38,987 nt of DNA from a virus (Duplodnaviria > Caudoviricetes), in the IMG/VR virus record IMGVR_UViG_3300030098_004222, positions 1 to 38,987 of that record. One strand, written 5' to 3'. Shown piece after piece: positions 20,901 through 29,100 of the stretch. The notes beneath the pieces are model-generated. The model was not told where the DNA came from, ran no database searches, and saw only the letters and a list, made by a program, of their open reading frames with translations. Position 1 is the first letter of the stretch, and every line of letters begins with the position of its first letter. The position numbers were made by a program, and so were the translations under genes.

Positions 20901-21013
20901 ACAAGTCGCACACTGTCCCTATTGGTACTCAAAACTTCAGTATTGATTTTGCTGAAATAGGCGACATAGGTTTTCAAGGTTTAGGAACCTGTGAGGATTC
21001 AGAAATATTATAA
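14978..21013 (+). CDS. Tail stabilization / muzzle-like protein (P22 gp10-like) with large insertions
   Basis: N-terminal F..GRMNKDLDERLIPNGEYRDAMN; ITGINIIDNLLLWTDSRNEPKKIN; C-terminal propeller-like YGISQNPESF...YFTDKQRGAVLRLS and GWTSFKSF motifs, as in crAss-like stabilization proteins. Confidence 0.75.
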   Translation: MPEIKNSFIKGRMNKDLDERLIPNGEYRDAMNVQITTSDGSDIGTVQNILGNTAVADQDDIFYGSAGARVEAHCVGSIANEKTNKLYYFISNPEQILENPNLNELDSTGAAITDWDVASGISALISGGLVQGIQFNGTEAQFSKLNQDITTAMANAVKGQRYRIKFRVEDYVQGELTGRLSSSSHSVVFPRDVDVSLGINGKIDGDGLYEYEVVLGDSTPATGHENRFYFQNQDDTTPFQGLIKEVSVYTFASNIIEYDLASDSLSSVVADTKGTVLKFHPENIITGINIIDNLLLWTDSRNEPKKINIDRCKAGADESEPYKVDTKLVVENAIVQEDDGTGTLVDVSLKEEHVTVVKKKPLKSPSFKINTSITPDAPLLFEKIFPRFSYRYKYEDGEYSAFAPFTDVVFNPEYTSNPNDPGTTYNIFNAYSTKDPFNTAMLNYIESIELLDFVSPDIPKDVVQIDLLYKKENSTVVYSIASIKPTDAAWTTSGSNLNSKYTGKYLVESQNIYAALPEDQLLRPWDNVPKKALAQEITGNRVVYGNYTQGYNLTNASGIKITPEISASFQLRDVVSDFTKGGLPSIKSQRNYQLGFVFGDKYCRETPVFTSSTGAVKIPWEDFTQNIGLCASKSLLLSAALDMEFPDWAHYYKFYVKETSGEYYNLVMDRAYLPRKNNEFENDDDHLWLAFPSSDRNKVGEDDYIILKKLIDSTSSSQVGLNNKYKILDIKNETPEDIKFNYTVLGTLSNDNTDKLSGAFSSTSGSITNSMVNANVDFLKIDKTTYESVDGNMPLVEGSIYDSDRERIYVSWREANANNQGQASKRYRVTSIVGGSGSADDYEIKLSETISEQDKLLAESNKANASHNFNQNLLLQFDRKEEKDFEEFSGKFFVRISSTPLINETIIGGVNISFNYFVTNQQATFWNQDLGMLNSIGTTTEPDAEVSDLTTSSGTITNTEAEWAGLVASQGNNFFIDQMHMVAAQIKTGGSNFSQVRWSGQTWVGSPVEYSGAAFWMGAAIQSNNHLHASSSPPNFTYIDNINGSGWNIGYLDNSGDWGTIDPTTEINGLEGIVTTSTQHVHGNANTMIASNAGSGFTNGYRQWLSFIDQPFGNAYVFDTYKGGAYNTVETGKHFIHLSFLGPGEDLHDGNWTNFVDAEACVGDFIAPGDNKGFANFLQGIWGGGIFSEKDGAAFGTNNDWTIVEMEGSYVTPGSSLDITSNNYWIQTSNSPGVSAPNLPNDPTYSDFVDSGIGLYYPSWIDWSAQAGAAGFSSQGYDTNYVDKHEKQWYPWWAGGTYNEDVKKFVDKITVGSKFKFSDDSSATIYTIKSVDVKYLYNHTPWRRRYIHDATSSPTTVKAGDSVEEAAINWGNTVDGTGIGGDNALLQTFKNKIVDFGKANNRRTCYIIEVDLDPTAQSYNPIDGGADNIDVDTSTNIQFVSDDLTVLTNQLIKQPAIWETEAKEDIDLDIYYETNQAYPTRITEETMELFAPTGSRVEILNFSDATFNNLGSRFISEWKKTDDGIIFVVDSAFNDIDNNGDTLNYQDVRVKFIRDNGSYTTGKIQSLIAGTAVITAGTEFVIDTTIDGPINEVGLSWHNCFSFGNGIESNRIRDDFNTMKITNGARVSATLEEPYQEEQRKHGLIYSGLYNSTSGINNLNQFIQAEKITKDLNPTYGSIQKLFQRRISLVAFCEDRVIGITSNKDALFNADGSPQLISSSAVLGDATPFVGDYGISQNPESFSSESYRAYFTDKQRGAVLRLSMDGLTPISDAGMHDYFRDKLKEAKYVIGTYDGYKKDYNLTLKYNIPTTYLGEINSTKNATVTYSEDVKGWTSFKSFMPESGLTLSSNYYTFKLGKIFKHHSEFDGSTTVDRNEFYPDTIFNQHSSLESHITPVFNAEPSLVKIFNTLGYEGSQSKIQAFNSIGGVNDAALYNQNGVNGWYIEYIKTDKQQGTIHEFIEKEGKWFNYIKGTSNKSHTVPIGTQNFSIDFAEIGDIGFQGLGTCEDSEIL

Positions 21014-21024
21014 ATTAAATAAAA

Positions 21025-22257
21025 ATGCAAAAATATATAAAAAGTATTAATATAGAAACTTTACCATTGGATTTTAATGGTGGTAGCAGAAAAATTACTT
21101 TTCGTGGTGATTCTGGATCTGAATTTAATATGCAGGTTGTTCAATCAGCTGCTAGTTCTAGTGTGTTAGAAAAATATTATAATTTTAAAACAAATTTATT
21201 TCAACTTGGGTCTAGTGTAGACACTAATTTAGACGTTAAAATATCTGGTACTTATAGTACTAACTTGGTTTTTCCTTCAGGTAGCTTTTCGTATAAAATA
21301 ATAATATCGACTATTAAATACGAAGAAACAAGTATACTAATAAAAAACAAAATTAAAGAAATAAGCTCTATTAATATAACTCAATTAGGTGAATCTACTA
21401 TAACGATTTCACCTATAACAGCTAATTCAAGTAGTTATGGTAGCATGCCTGATAGTTTGACCTCTACGGCTTCTATTACTACTACGGAAAGTAGATCTTT
21501 ACTTTTAAATTGGAATTTAGTAAACGCTAGCTCAGATACTCAATCTTTTGGTTTAAGATTAATAAGACAACCTGTTGATTCAGATTGGTATTTTGAAAAA
21601 GACCTAGCTATAGTAGATAATCCAGCTGGAGACGCTGTTAGTAACAATCAAGTTGTCGTTGGCAGCTTGGATGATATAGGTGTAGGTATGGAGCTTATAT
21701 ACCACAAAGCAACAACAGCTCCCTCAAGCACAACGATAATAACTGGTTTAGATTTTGCTAACAAAATAATAACGTTTTCTCAAAGTGTTGCTTTTGAAGA
21801 CGGTGAAACTATGAAATTTAGAGCTAAAGGATCTAACAATATAAAAAACGCTATAGGTGTTGATGTTTCTTTTGGAACTATAGACGCTAGTTCAGCTGAA
21901 CTTTCAAAAACTGTTAGAACAGACTCTAGTAGTAGTACTATAACTTTAAATGGTACTTATGGTATTTCAGGCGGTGGTTTTGTTACTATATCTGGTGTTG
22001 GTATTAAAAATACAGCTGCTAATACAGTTCAAACAAATCAACACACCGGTGGTACAGCAAGGGCTCATGAAACTCAAGGTGAAATAATAATGGAAGAAGC
22101 TCAAACTGTAAAAGCTGGAACAAAAGTATACTTTAAAGGATCAACGCAAACTGTAAAATTAGCGGCAAACATAACAATAAACTCTTTTCCAACAAGCAAC
22201 CAAACTATAAGTTTAAACTTAGATAACTTTATTACACCAGGTGTACAAAGCGCGTAA
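21025..22257 (+). CDS. Putative tail-associated structural protein
   Basis: 410-aa S/T-rich all-beta sequence with two small repeated beta-barrel-like units (VVVGSLDDIGVGM...IITFSQ; ITLNGTYGISGG...IIMEEAQ). Confidence 0.55.
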   Translation: MQKYIKSINIETLPLDFNGGSRKITFRGDSGSEFNMQVVQSAASSSVLEKYYNFKTNLFQLGSSVDTNLDVKISGTYSTNLVFPSGSFSYKIIISTIKYEETSILIKNKIKEISSINITQLGESTITISPITANSSSYGSMPDSLTSTASITTTESRSLLLNWNLVNASSDTQSFGLRLIRQPVDSDWYFEKDLAIVDNPAGDAVSNNQVVVGSLDDIGVGMELIYHKATTAPSSTTIITGLDFANKIITFSQSVAFEDGETMKFRAKGSNNIKNAIGVDVSFGTIDASSAELSKTVRTDSSSSTITLNGTYGISGGGFVTISGVGIKNTAANTVQTNQHTGGTARAHETQGEIIMEEAQTVKAGTKVYFKGSTQTVKLAANITINSFPTSNQTISLNLDNFITPGVQSA

Positions 22258-22268
22258 AATAAATTAAC

Positions 22269-22637
22269 ATGGCAGAATTAAAAGTAAAAACAAAAATAAA
22301 TGTAAAAGAATCGTCAGTAAATGTTGGTGACATGTTGTATTATATACCTGGCGCAAACGTTGCCTATAATACTAGTTTAGACAGAAGCACAGCTGGTGAG
22401 CCAACAAAAGTAGGAGTTATCACTGAGATAATTGATACTCATAATTTAAAATTATCAAGTAGCTCTTTTCCATCTCCACTACCAACAGACGGTGATTTAT
22501 TAATGTTTGCAAAACCAGCTACAATAAGTAACAATAGTTTAGTTGGTTATTTTGCTGAAATAAAAATAAAAAATGATAGCACTGAAAAAGCTGAATTATT
22601 CACCATATCATCAGAAATTACACCTAGTAGTAAATAA
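22269..22637 (+). CDS. Small tail-associated protein
   Basis: 122 aa; SVNVGDMLYY start and C-terminal LVGYFAEIKIKNDSTEKAELFTISSE. Confidence 0.6.
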   Translation: MAELKVKTKINVKESSVNVGDMLYYIPGANVAYNTSLDRSTAGEPTKVGVITEIIDTHNLKLSSSSFPSPLPTDGDLLMFAKPATISNNSLVGYFAEIKIKNDSTEKAELFTISSEITPSSK

Positions 22638-22680
22638 AAAATAAAAACTGTAACTATAAATATAAATAAAACAATACAAT

Positions 22681-23451
22681 ATGGCAATAGTAGGATTAAC
22701 ATCACCTTTAAGAATGGCTGGAACAGCAAAGTCTAGTCCAGCTAAAATTGTTCAATTTTTACCGGCTATAGCAGCTGGGGTAAATATTATAGGTGGTATA
22801 TCTGCCCGTAGAAGAGCTAAAAGAGCAGAAAAAAAAGCAAAAGAAAAAATGAAACAAGCTAAAAAAGCTTGGATGGAAATGGAATTTGTAAACCCTTATC
22901 AAGGTTTGGAAAACCCTTATTCTAACTTAGAAAATGTATACGAAGACACTACCGTAGACACTCAAGCTTACGATTATTTAACAGAACAAACTCAACAACA
23001 GCAAGCAAACTTGATGCAACAATATTCTGGTGCCGCTGGTAGTAGTGGTATAGCTGCTTTAGCTCAAGGCATAGCTAACATAGGATTAAAACAATCACAG
23101 CAAGTAGCATCGTCAATATCTCAACAAGAAAGAACTAATGAACTTGCCGCTTTACAAGAACAAGCTAGAATACAACAGTTGAAAAGAACTGGTGCTTTTG
23201 AAACTGATATGTTGCAAAGAAAAGGAGACGCTTTAGTTCGTAAGCAAGAAATGGCAAGATTAGCTAGTATATACGGGTTAAATATTGATAACTTAATGGC
23301 GCAAACTTCAGCTAAAAATCAAGCGTCATCACAAATAATGGGCGGTATATCTCAGTTAGGTGGCGCTGCTTACGATCTGTATGGTGTGGGCGGAACAAGG
23401 GACTGGAAAACCGACATAGGAAAAGTAAAAAACTTTCTTAACATAGGATAA
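22681..23451 (+). CDS. Putative ejection/pilot (internal virion) protein
   Basis: Hydrophobic Gly/Ala helix near the N-terminus, then a basic coiled coil and a Q/A/G-rich helical body; first gene after the tail genes, as for podovirus ejection proteins. Confidence 0.6.
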   Translation: MAIVGLTSPLRMAGTAKSSPAKIVQFLPAIAAGVNIIGGISARRRAKRAEKKAKEKMKQAKKAWMEMEFVNPYQGLENPYSNLENVYEDTTVDTQAYDYLTEQTQQQQANLMQQYSGAAGSSGIAALAQGIANIGLKQSQQVASSISQQERTNELAALQEQARIQQLKRTGAFETDMLQRKGDALVRKQEMARLASIYGLNIDNLMAQTSAKNQASSQIMGGISQLGGAAYDLYGVGGTRDWKTDIGKVKNFLNIG

Positions 23452-23462
23452 AAAAATAAAAT

Positions 23463-26171
23463 ATGGCAAAAAAGAAAAACACAACACCTTCAAAAGAAAC
23501 TGGAGCGGGAGTATTAGGACAAGACTTTATAGGTGACATGGAAGATTGGATTGGCACATCAACGGGTTCTACGTTGAGTGAAAAGCAAGCGGCTTTAAAT
23601 AGACAAAAAGCTATGCAGCCTGTGCTTAAGGCTAAATTATCTGGAATGGTATTTGATAATGTTATAAACAAACATAACGCTGCCATGGAAAAGAAAAAAT
23701 CTGACCTTGCTAAACTTTTACAAGAAGGCGCTGGTATGGATACAGATTTACTAAACAAAAGTATTCAAGGCGTAGGAGCTGAAATATTAAAAGTTGACAA
23801 CATGTCTTACCGAGATATTGCTAATCAAATATCTGGTATGAACGTGTTAAACCCTAAATATGAAGATTTAGCGAAAAAACTTAATCAAATAAAAGTTAAT
23901 GCCGCTAGTTTAAAAATAGATAATGACAAAATAACAGCTATAAAAAACGAAATACAAGATTTAGATATAAGTGAGTGGAGCAAAGGTTTAGAGCCTTGGC
24001 AAATAGAAATGTATAAAGATATAATAGCTGGTAACGGCGATAACTTTGTGGTTAAAGAAACAGACGATGGTAAAAGAATATATTGGGTAAATCCAGAAGA
24101 AAAAACAGAGTATCGTGTATCAGAAGATGATTGGTGGGCGCAAGAATTTGACGCACAGACAACTAGTGAAAAGTTAGATGAAGTTGATAACGAAGATGTT
24201 AATAGTTTAAATGATTTTTTACAAGACTGGTCTGATTCTTGGTATGAAAAAGATGTTGAATTTGATCCAGATCAATATGAAAATTTTGCATTGAAAAAAA
24301 TACAACAGCATTTAGTTAACTTAGGTTATGATCTAGGAACATCAGGATACAATGGTGATGGTGTAGATGGCAATTGGGGTAAAAAATCAAAAGCGGCTTT
24401 GAAACTATTTTTAGAAGAAAAAGAAAGTGGTGGTGGTAAAATTGGAGAGTTAATTGATAGTTATAGATTTGATATGTATAAAACGTCAGTAACTACTCAA
24501 GACGAATACGCTTTAAGTAAAATTGTTGGGCCTACGGCTAAAAGCGCGCTAGCTGAACAAACTCATATTCAAGCTAGACAATTAATACAGAAAAATCCAA
24601 ATTTAGATACTAATTATTTAGCTAACTCGGTGTTTGAGCAAATAGGCGCTGATGGTGTAAAGTCAATGATATTTGACGGTATACAAGAAGTAAACTCTGT
24701 TAGTGGTGCTAAGTACGGTGGTCTACTAGGAGATGCTGACACACAAGACTGGTTTGATTCTTGGTATGAAGAAAACGGTATTGTTGAAGAAGAAGATAAA
24801 TTAAAAGAATACAATAGAATAAAAAGAGAGGGTATAACGGCTGTAGGTAGTCAAAATGGTGTTTCTGTTAAAGATCATTTTATGGCTTGGTACGCTGATG
24901 AGTTAAAAAATGCCAACAAGGGAGGTAATGTTGTTAGTTTTGATACTGATGATGAAGAAGAAGAAGAAGAAAAAAATAAAAAAAAAAAGATAAAAGTTAA
25001 AACACAAAAGCTAACAGAAAGCAATGCTTTTGTTTCTCCAGGTAACACATTTAACGCTAACACAGCTTCAGATGGCTCTTATTTTTTAACTGACGAAAAT
25101 AAAAACAAATTAACTTATTTTCGACCATATGATGGAGCAAAAACAAATAAAACAAGATTAGATTACGTTTACGATTATAATAACAATACTTTTCTTTTTA
25201 CTGGTTACTTACATAAAGACGCGGAAAATGGAGGTTATCTAACTGAAGCACATGAAAACGCGGTAAAAGGATTAGAAGCCGAATTAGCCGCTTGGGGAGG
25301 TATAGAGGCTAGAGATAAAGCTTTTTTCAGCGCTTTACCTCAACAATGGTTAAATGGATTTAATTTAGAAAACAAAGGCGGACTTAAAGCTGGTGAAACA
25401 ATAGAAATAAGCGTACCTTGGTATGATGAACCTGTTATTTTAAAGCTTGAAGGGCAAGGTAAAGATATAGGTCTTGGTGATAATAAGTATTACTATCAAA
25501 TTCAAGGTGGTGGTTATACAGCTGATGGAAAAACTGTTTATGATTTAGATGCGGTAAAAGAAGTTTTAGGTATTCCAAATTACTTTGCAACGGCCGCAAG
25601 AGGTTATGTGAAAGGCCATGAAAACGCAGACATGTGGAATAACATCAAATCTTTTGATGCGCCTCCAACTAAAGTATTAAATCAAAATCTGAATACTGGT
25701 AAAACTAAAGTTTATTTAGATGAGTTTCCAAAAGCTGACTTTACAAGTAAATTTACAGATCTTAAAAACAACGTAAACACAAGCGAAACTGCTACACAAC
25801 TTGTTATACAAATGAGAAACCATTTGGAGCAAGGTGTTTCAAAAAAGTTTATAAATAAAAATTTAAATTTTAACAACCTTTCTGACGACATGTTGTTAGA
25901 GTTTGCACTCACCCAAGCTGCTATGGGTAACATTAAGATAGACGCAAAAGGTAATATAACGAATTTTAGTTCTTACAGTAAAAGACTCTATCAACAAAAC
26001 TTAAGATTTTTTCAAGAAAAATATCAAGTAGATTTAGGTTTTGAACCTAATAAATCTGGTCAGAAAAAACTAAGAGAACAAATGAAAGATAGTGAAGCCT
26101 CTACAGGTATTCCTTTTTATACTAGAAAAACGCTTGAAGGTATAGATATTTTATTAAGATTTTTTAATTAA
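23463..26171 (+). CDS. Putative internal virion protein with a peptidoglycan-binding domain
   Basis: 902 aa; LKKIQQHLVNLGYDLGTSGYNGDGVDGNWGKKSKAALKLF (about 24291-24410) matches the PG_binding_1 pattern (Q..L...GY......DG.WG..T..A...F). Confidence 0.7.
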   Translation: MAKKKNTTPSKETGAGVLGQDFIGDMEDWIGTSTGSTLSEKQAALNRQKAMQPVLKAKLSGMVFDNVINKHNAAMEKKKSDLAKLLQEGAGMDTDLLNKSIQGVGAEILKVDNMSYRDIANQISGMNVLNPKYEDLAKKLNQIKVNAASLKIDNDKITAIKNEIQDLDISEWSKGLEPWQIEMYKDIIAGNGDNFVVKETDDGKRIYWVNPEEKTEYRVSEDDWWAQEFDAQTTSEKLDEVDNEDVNSLNDFLQDWSDSWYEKDVEFDPDQYENFALKKIQQHLVNLGYDLGTSGYNGDGVDGNWGKKSKAALKLFLEEKESGGGKIGELIDSYRFDMYKTSVTTQDEYALSKIVGPTAKSALAEQTHIQARQLIQKNPNLDTNYLANSVFEQIGADGVKSMIFDGIQEVNSVSGAKYGGLLGDADTQDWFDSWYEENGIVEEEDKLKEYNRIKREGITAVGSQNGVSVKDHFMAWYADELKNANKGGNVVSFDTDDEEEEEEKNKKKKIKVKTQKLTESNAFVSPGNTFNANTASDGSYFLTDENKNKLTYFRPYDGAKTNKTRLDYVYDYNNNTFLFTGYLHKDAENGGYLTEAHENAVKGLEAELAAWGGIEARDKAFFSALPQQWLNGFNLENKGGLKAGETIEISVPWYDEPVILKLEGQGKDIGLGDNKYYYQIQGGGYTADGKTVYDLDAVKEVLGIPNYFATAARGYVKGHENADMWNNIKSFDAPPTKVLNQNLNTGKTKVYLDEFPKADFTSKFTDLKNNVNTSETATQLVIQMRNHLEQGVSKKFINKNLNFNNLSDDMLLEFALTQAAMGNIKIDAKGNITNFSSYSKRLYQQNLRFFQEKYQVDLGFEPNKSGQKKLREQMKDSEASTGIPFYTRKTLEGIDILLRFFN

Positions 26172-26188
26172 AAAACAACTAAACAAAT

Positions 26189-29100
26189 ATGGCAAACGGA
26201 GATTCTGGTTTTGTAGTTGGAGACAGTAACAAAGGTAAATTTGTTGTTGGTGAGACTAAAAAACCTACATTCACAATAGGAGAAACAAAGATTGACCAAC
26301 CTGATTACACAAAAAGACAGGTTAGGCCTGTAGACCCTTTGTTTATGACGGCTAGTGAAGATGTTGCTTTAAAAACATTAAGAGAAAGATACGGTGAACT
26401 AGGTTTTACGTTTAGATTATCAAGAGGAAGCGTTTTTGAAAATAGAGTTGGTAATTGGATTACTGTAATATCTCCAGATGGTGAATCTCAAAATGTTATT
26501 GGTTTTAATTATCGTAAAGGATCTCAAGGCGCTAAAGACGCCGCTGAAAAACTACAAAGTTTTTTAAATAGATATACTGATTTTGGCGATCTTGAGTATA
26601 TGGAAACGACTCCAGAAGATGAGTTGTTTTGGTACGATGGTTTACAATTAACTGTTGACGAGATGTTCGATAAGTATAAGGTTAAAGGAATAGAAAGTAT
26701 TATTACAAGAAGCATGACACCTAGTTATGATTATCTTATAAATAGAGAAAATGAATTAAAGTCAATTGATCAATTAACTGAGCAACAAGACGCTGAGTTG
26801 AAAAAAGTTAGTAAGTCTTTAGATGATTTTGAAAATTGGGTGATGGGTGAGGTTGGTAAAAAAACAGTACACGGTTACAAAAGATACGGTATAACGCCTG
26901 CAACTAGAGAAATAAGACAAGTTAGTAAAGGAGCGGTAGATCAATCTGAAGAAGAACTTAAGCCAGCATTACAGAAAGACATAAACATAGGTGGAGTTGA
27001 TTATAGCTCAATAGAGGCTTTTGATAGAGGTTTTATGCACGACGCTATAGAAGTAAGACATCGTAATTACAACAATGGTGAAAGGGTTTATATTGAGTTG
27101 CAGCGTGTTTGGGGTGGTAAAACTGAAGATGTTAATACTTTAACTGACGTTTTTATGTCTGCTAATCCTAACGTAGGACTTTTTGCTGATCCTGAACTAA
27201 ATAGGCTTCACATGGGTGATGCGAGAGGTAGAGACAAAGAAAAAGTTAAGCAGTATGTTGACGAAGGTTTTACACAGTTTCAAGCTGAAGAACTAGCAGC
27301 TAAATCTGTAACTAGTGACCAAAAAAGAAGCTCCGTTACAAACGCTTTATTTGTTACACACGATGATGATGCCGCTAAAATAAGATCTGAAGATATAACT
27401 ACTTTAGAGGGTACAAGTTGGGAAGTTGAAAGGGTGAAAAAACAAAAACAGTGGTTTTTAGATATATACCATAAAGGCGTTTTGGTTGAATCTATTTTTG
27501 ATTACTCTACTCATGCAAACTATGATTATGGAGACTGGGGTAAAGCTGATCAATATATAGCTTACGACAAGGCTTCTCAATACATATACGATAACGCTTC
27601 TGATTCTGAAATAGATTTAATGTATTTAAATCAACTTAACGGTAGTGCTGATTTAATGAAAAAAGTAAGAGAAAAAACAGCTACAATTAAGGTATCTGAT
27701 AAAGATGCCTTTGACTCTTATATACAAAAACACGCTGTACCTAGGTTTAAAGAAGATTTAAAACAAAATGGAGTATCTGAGCAAACAATAAAAAGAATAG
27801 AAACTTACGTAATGTCACATGATCCTGAGTATATATGGGAGAATAAAGACGAACTAAGCAGCGTTGGTTTTATAAAAGACAGCCGCCTGGGAAGGTATGG
27901 AAGCTATTATAACATGATGTTTTCAAGCGTAGCAAAAGAAGATATTATAGGATTAAAAGTTCAAAAATTTGAAAATCTAGCGGCTATATGGGATTTAATA
28001 CCAGAAGATGACAAGCCAAAAATATTAAAAACGTTAAAACAAAGATCTGGTTATACAACAGAAGATGGTACTGTAATAAAAAGTGTTTTTGAACAAGGTA
28101 TTGAGAAAGCTAGACATGAACTTTTGATTCATAAAAAGAAAATATGGGCTGAACAGGTTTATGAAAATGCTGGATCTGAGGAATCTGAGTTAATGAGAAG
28201 AACTTTAGATTTTAAAAAAATAGAAGCAGAAAAACAAGCTAATATTATAAATCACTACGCGGATCAAACGTTTAGCAATTTAACAAATCAATTTAACGAA
28301 AAAGCCGAAGTTCTTGATGGTATATTAACAAGAGCCGCTAAAGATGGTGTTGTTATAAAGTTTACTAATGGAGATATAACTAACGGTTTTGAAGTAGAGT
28401 CTTGGAACGAAGATATGTCAAGCAAGTATTTTAATGAGCTATCAATACTTCAAAAATCCATAAAAGAACTAAACGCTGTTGCTGATCAAAGTGAAAAAGA
28501 CATAGGTGTTAAAATATCAAATTGGCAAAACCAAAATGGAGATATTTACGAACTAAATAGAATAGCTAATATAGATTATGATACTTGGTGGCAGGATTTT
28601 GGTAACTCTTGGTTATCTATGGGTTTACAAGTTGGAGCTCTTTTTGGCAGCGATTCAGCTATGAATGAACTTCAAAGCCTCCAAAATTCTAAAATGCTAC
28701 ATGGCGAAACTCAATTAACGTGGCAAGAAGCCATAGAAACAGGACAAAAAGCTGAGTACGTTGGTAATACTTTTGCTGAACAACTACCTAATGTTATATT
28801 GGCTTTTGTACCTATTGGTGGTTGGGCTATTAGAGGATTAAGTGTTGGTGGTAGATTTGTTGCTGGTTCTAGAGCCGCTGTTAGTAAAGGCGTTCAAAGA
28901 AAATTAAGAAATTGGTCAATCCCTACTATTTATGGTGTAACTTCTTCTGGTGCTAAACGTCAACAACTAGAAGAAAGAAAAAAAGCAGCTATTAATGCTG
29001 AAGGGGCTTTAAGAGATTTACAAATAGCCTACGACAATAAAACGATAACATATGATGACTACGTAGAAAACAAAATACTTTTAGAAAAAACAATAGCAGC

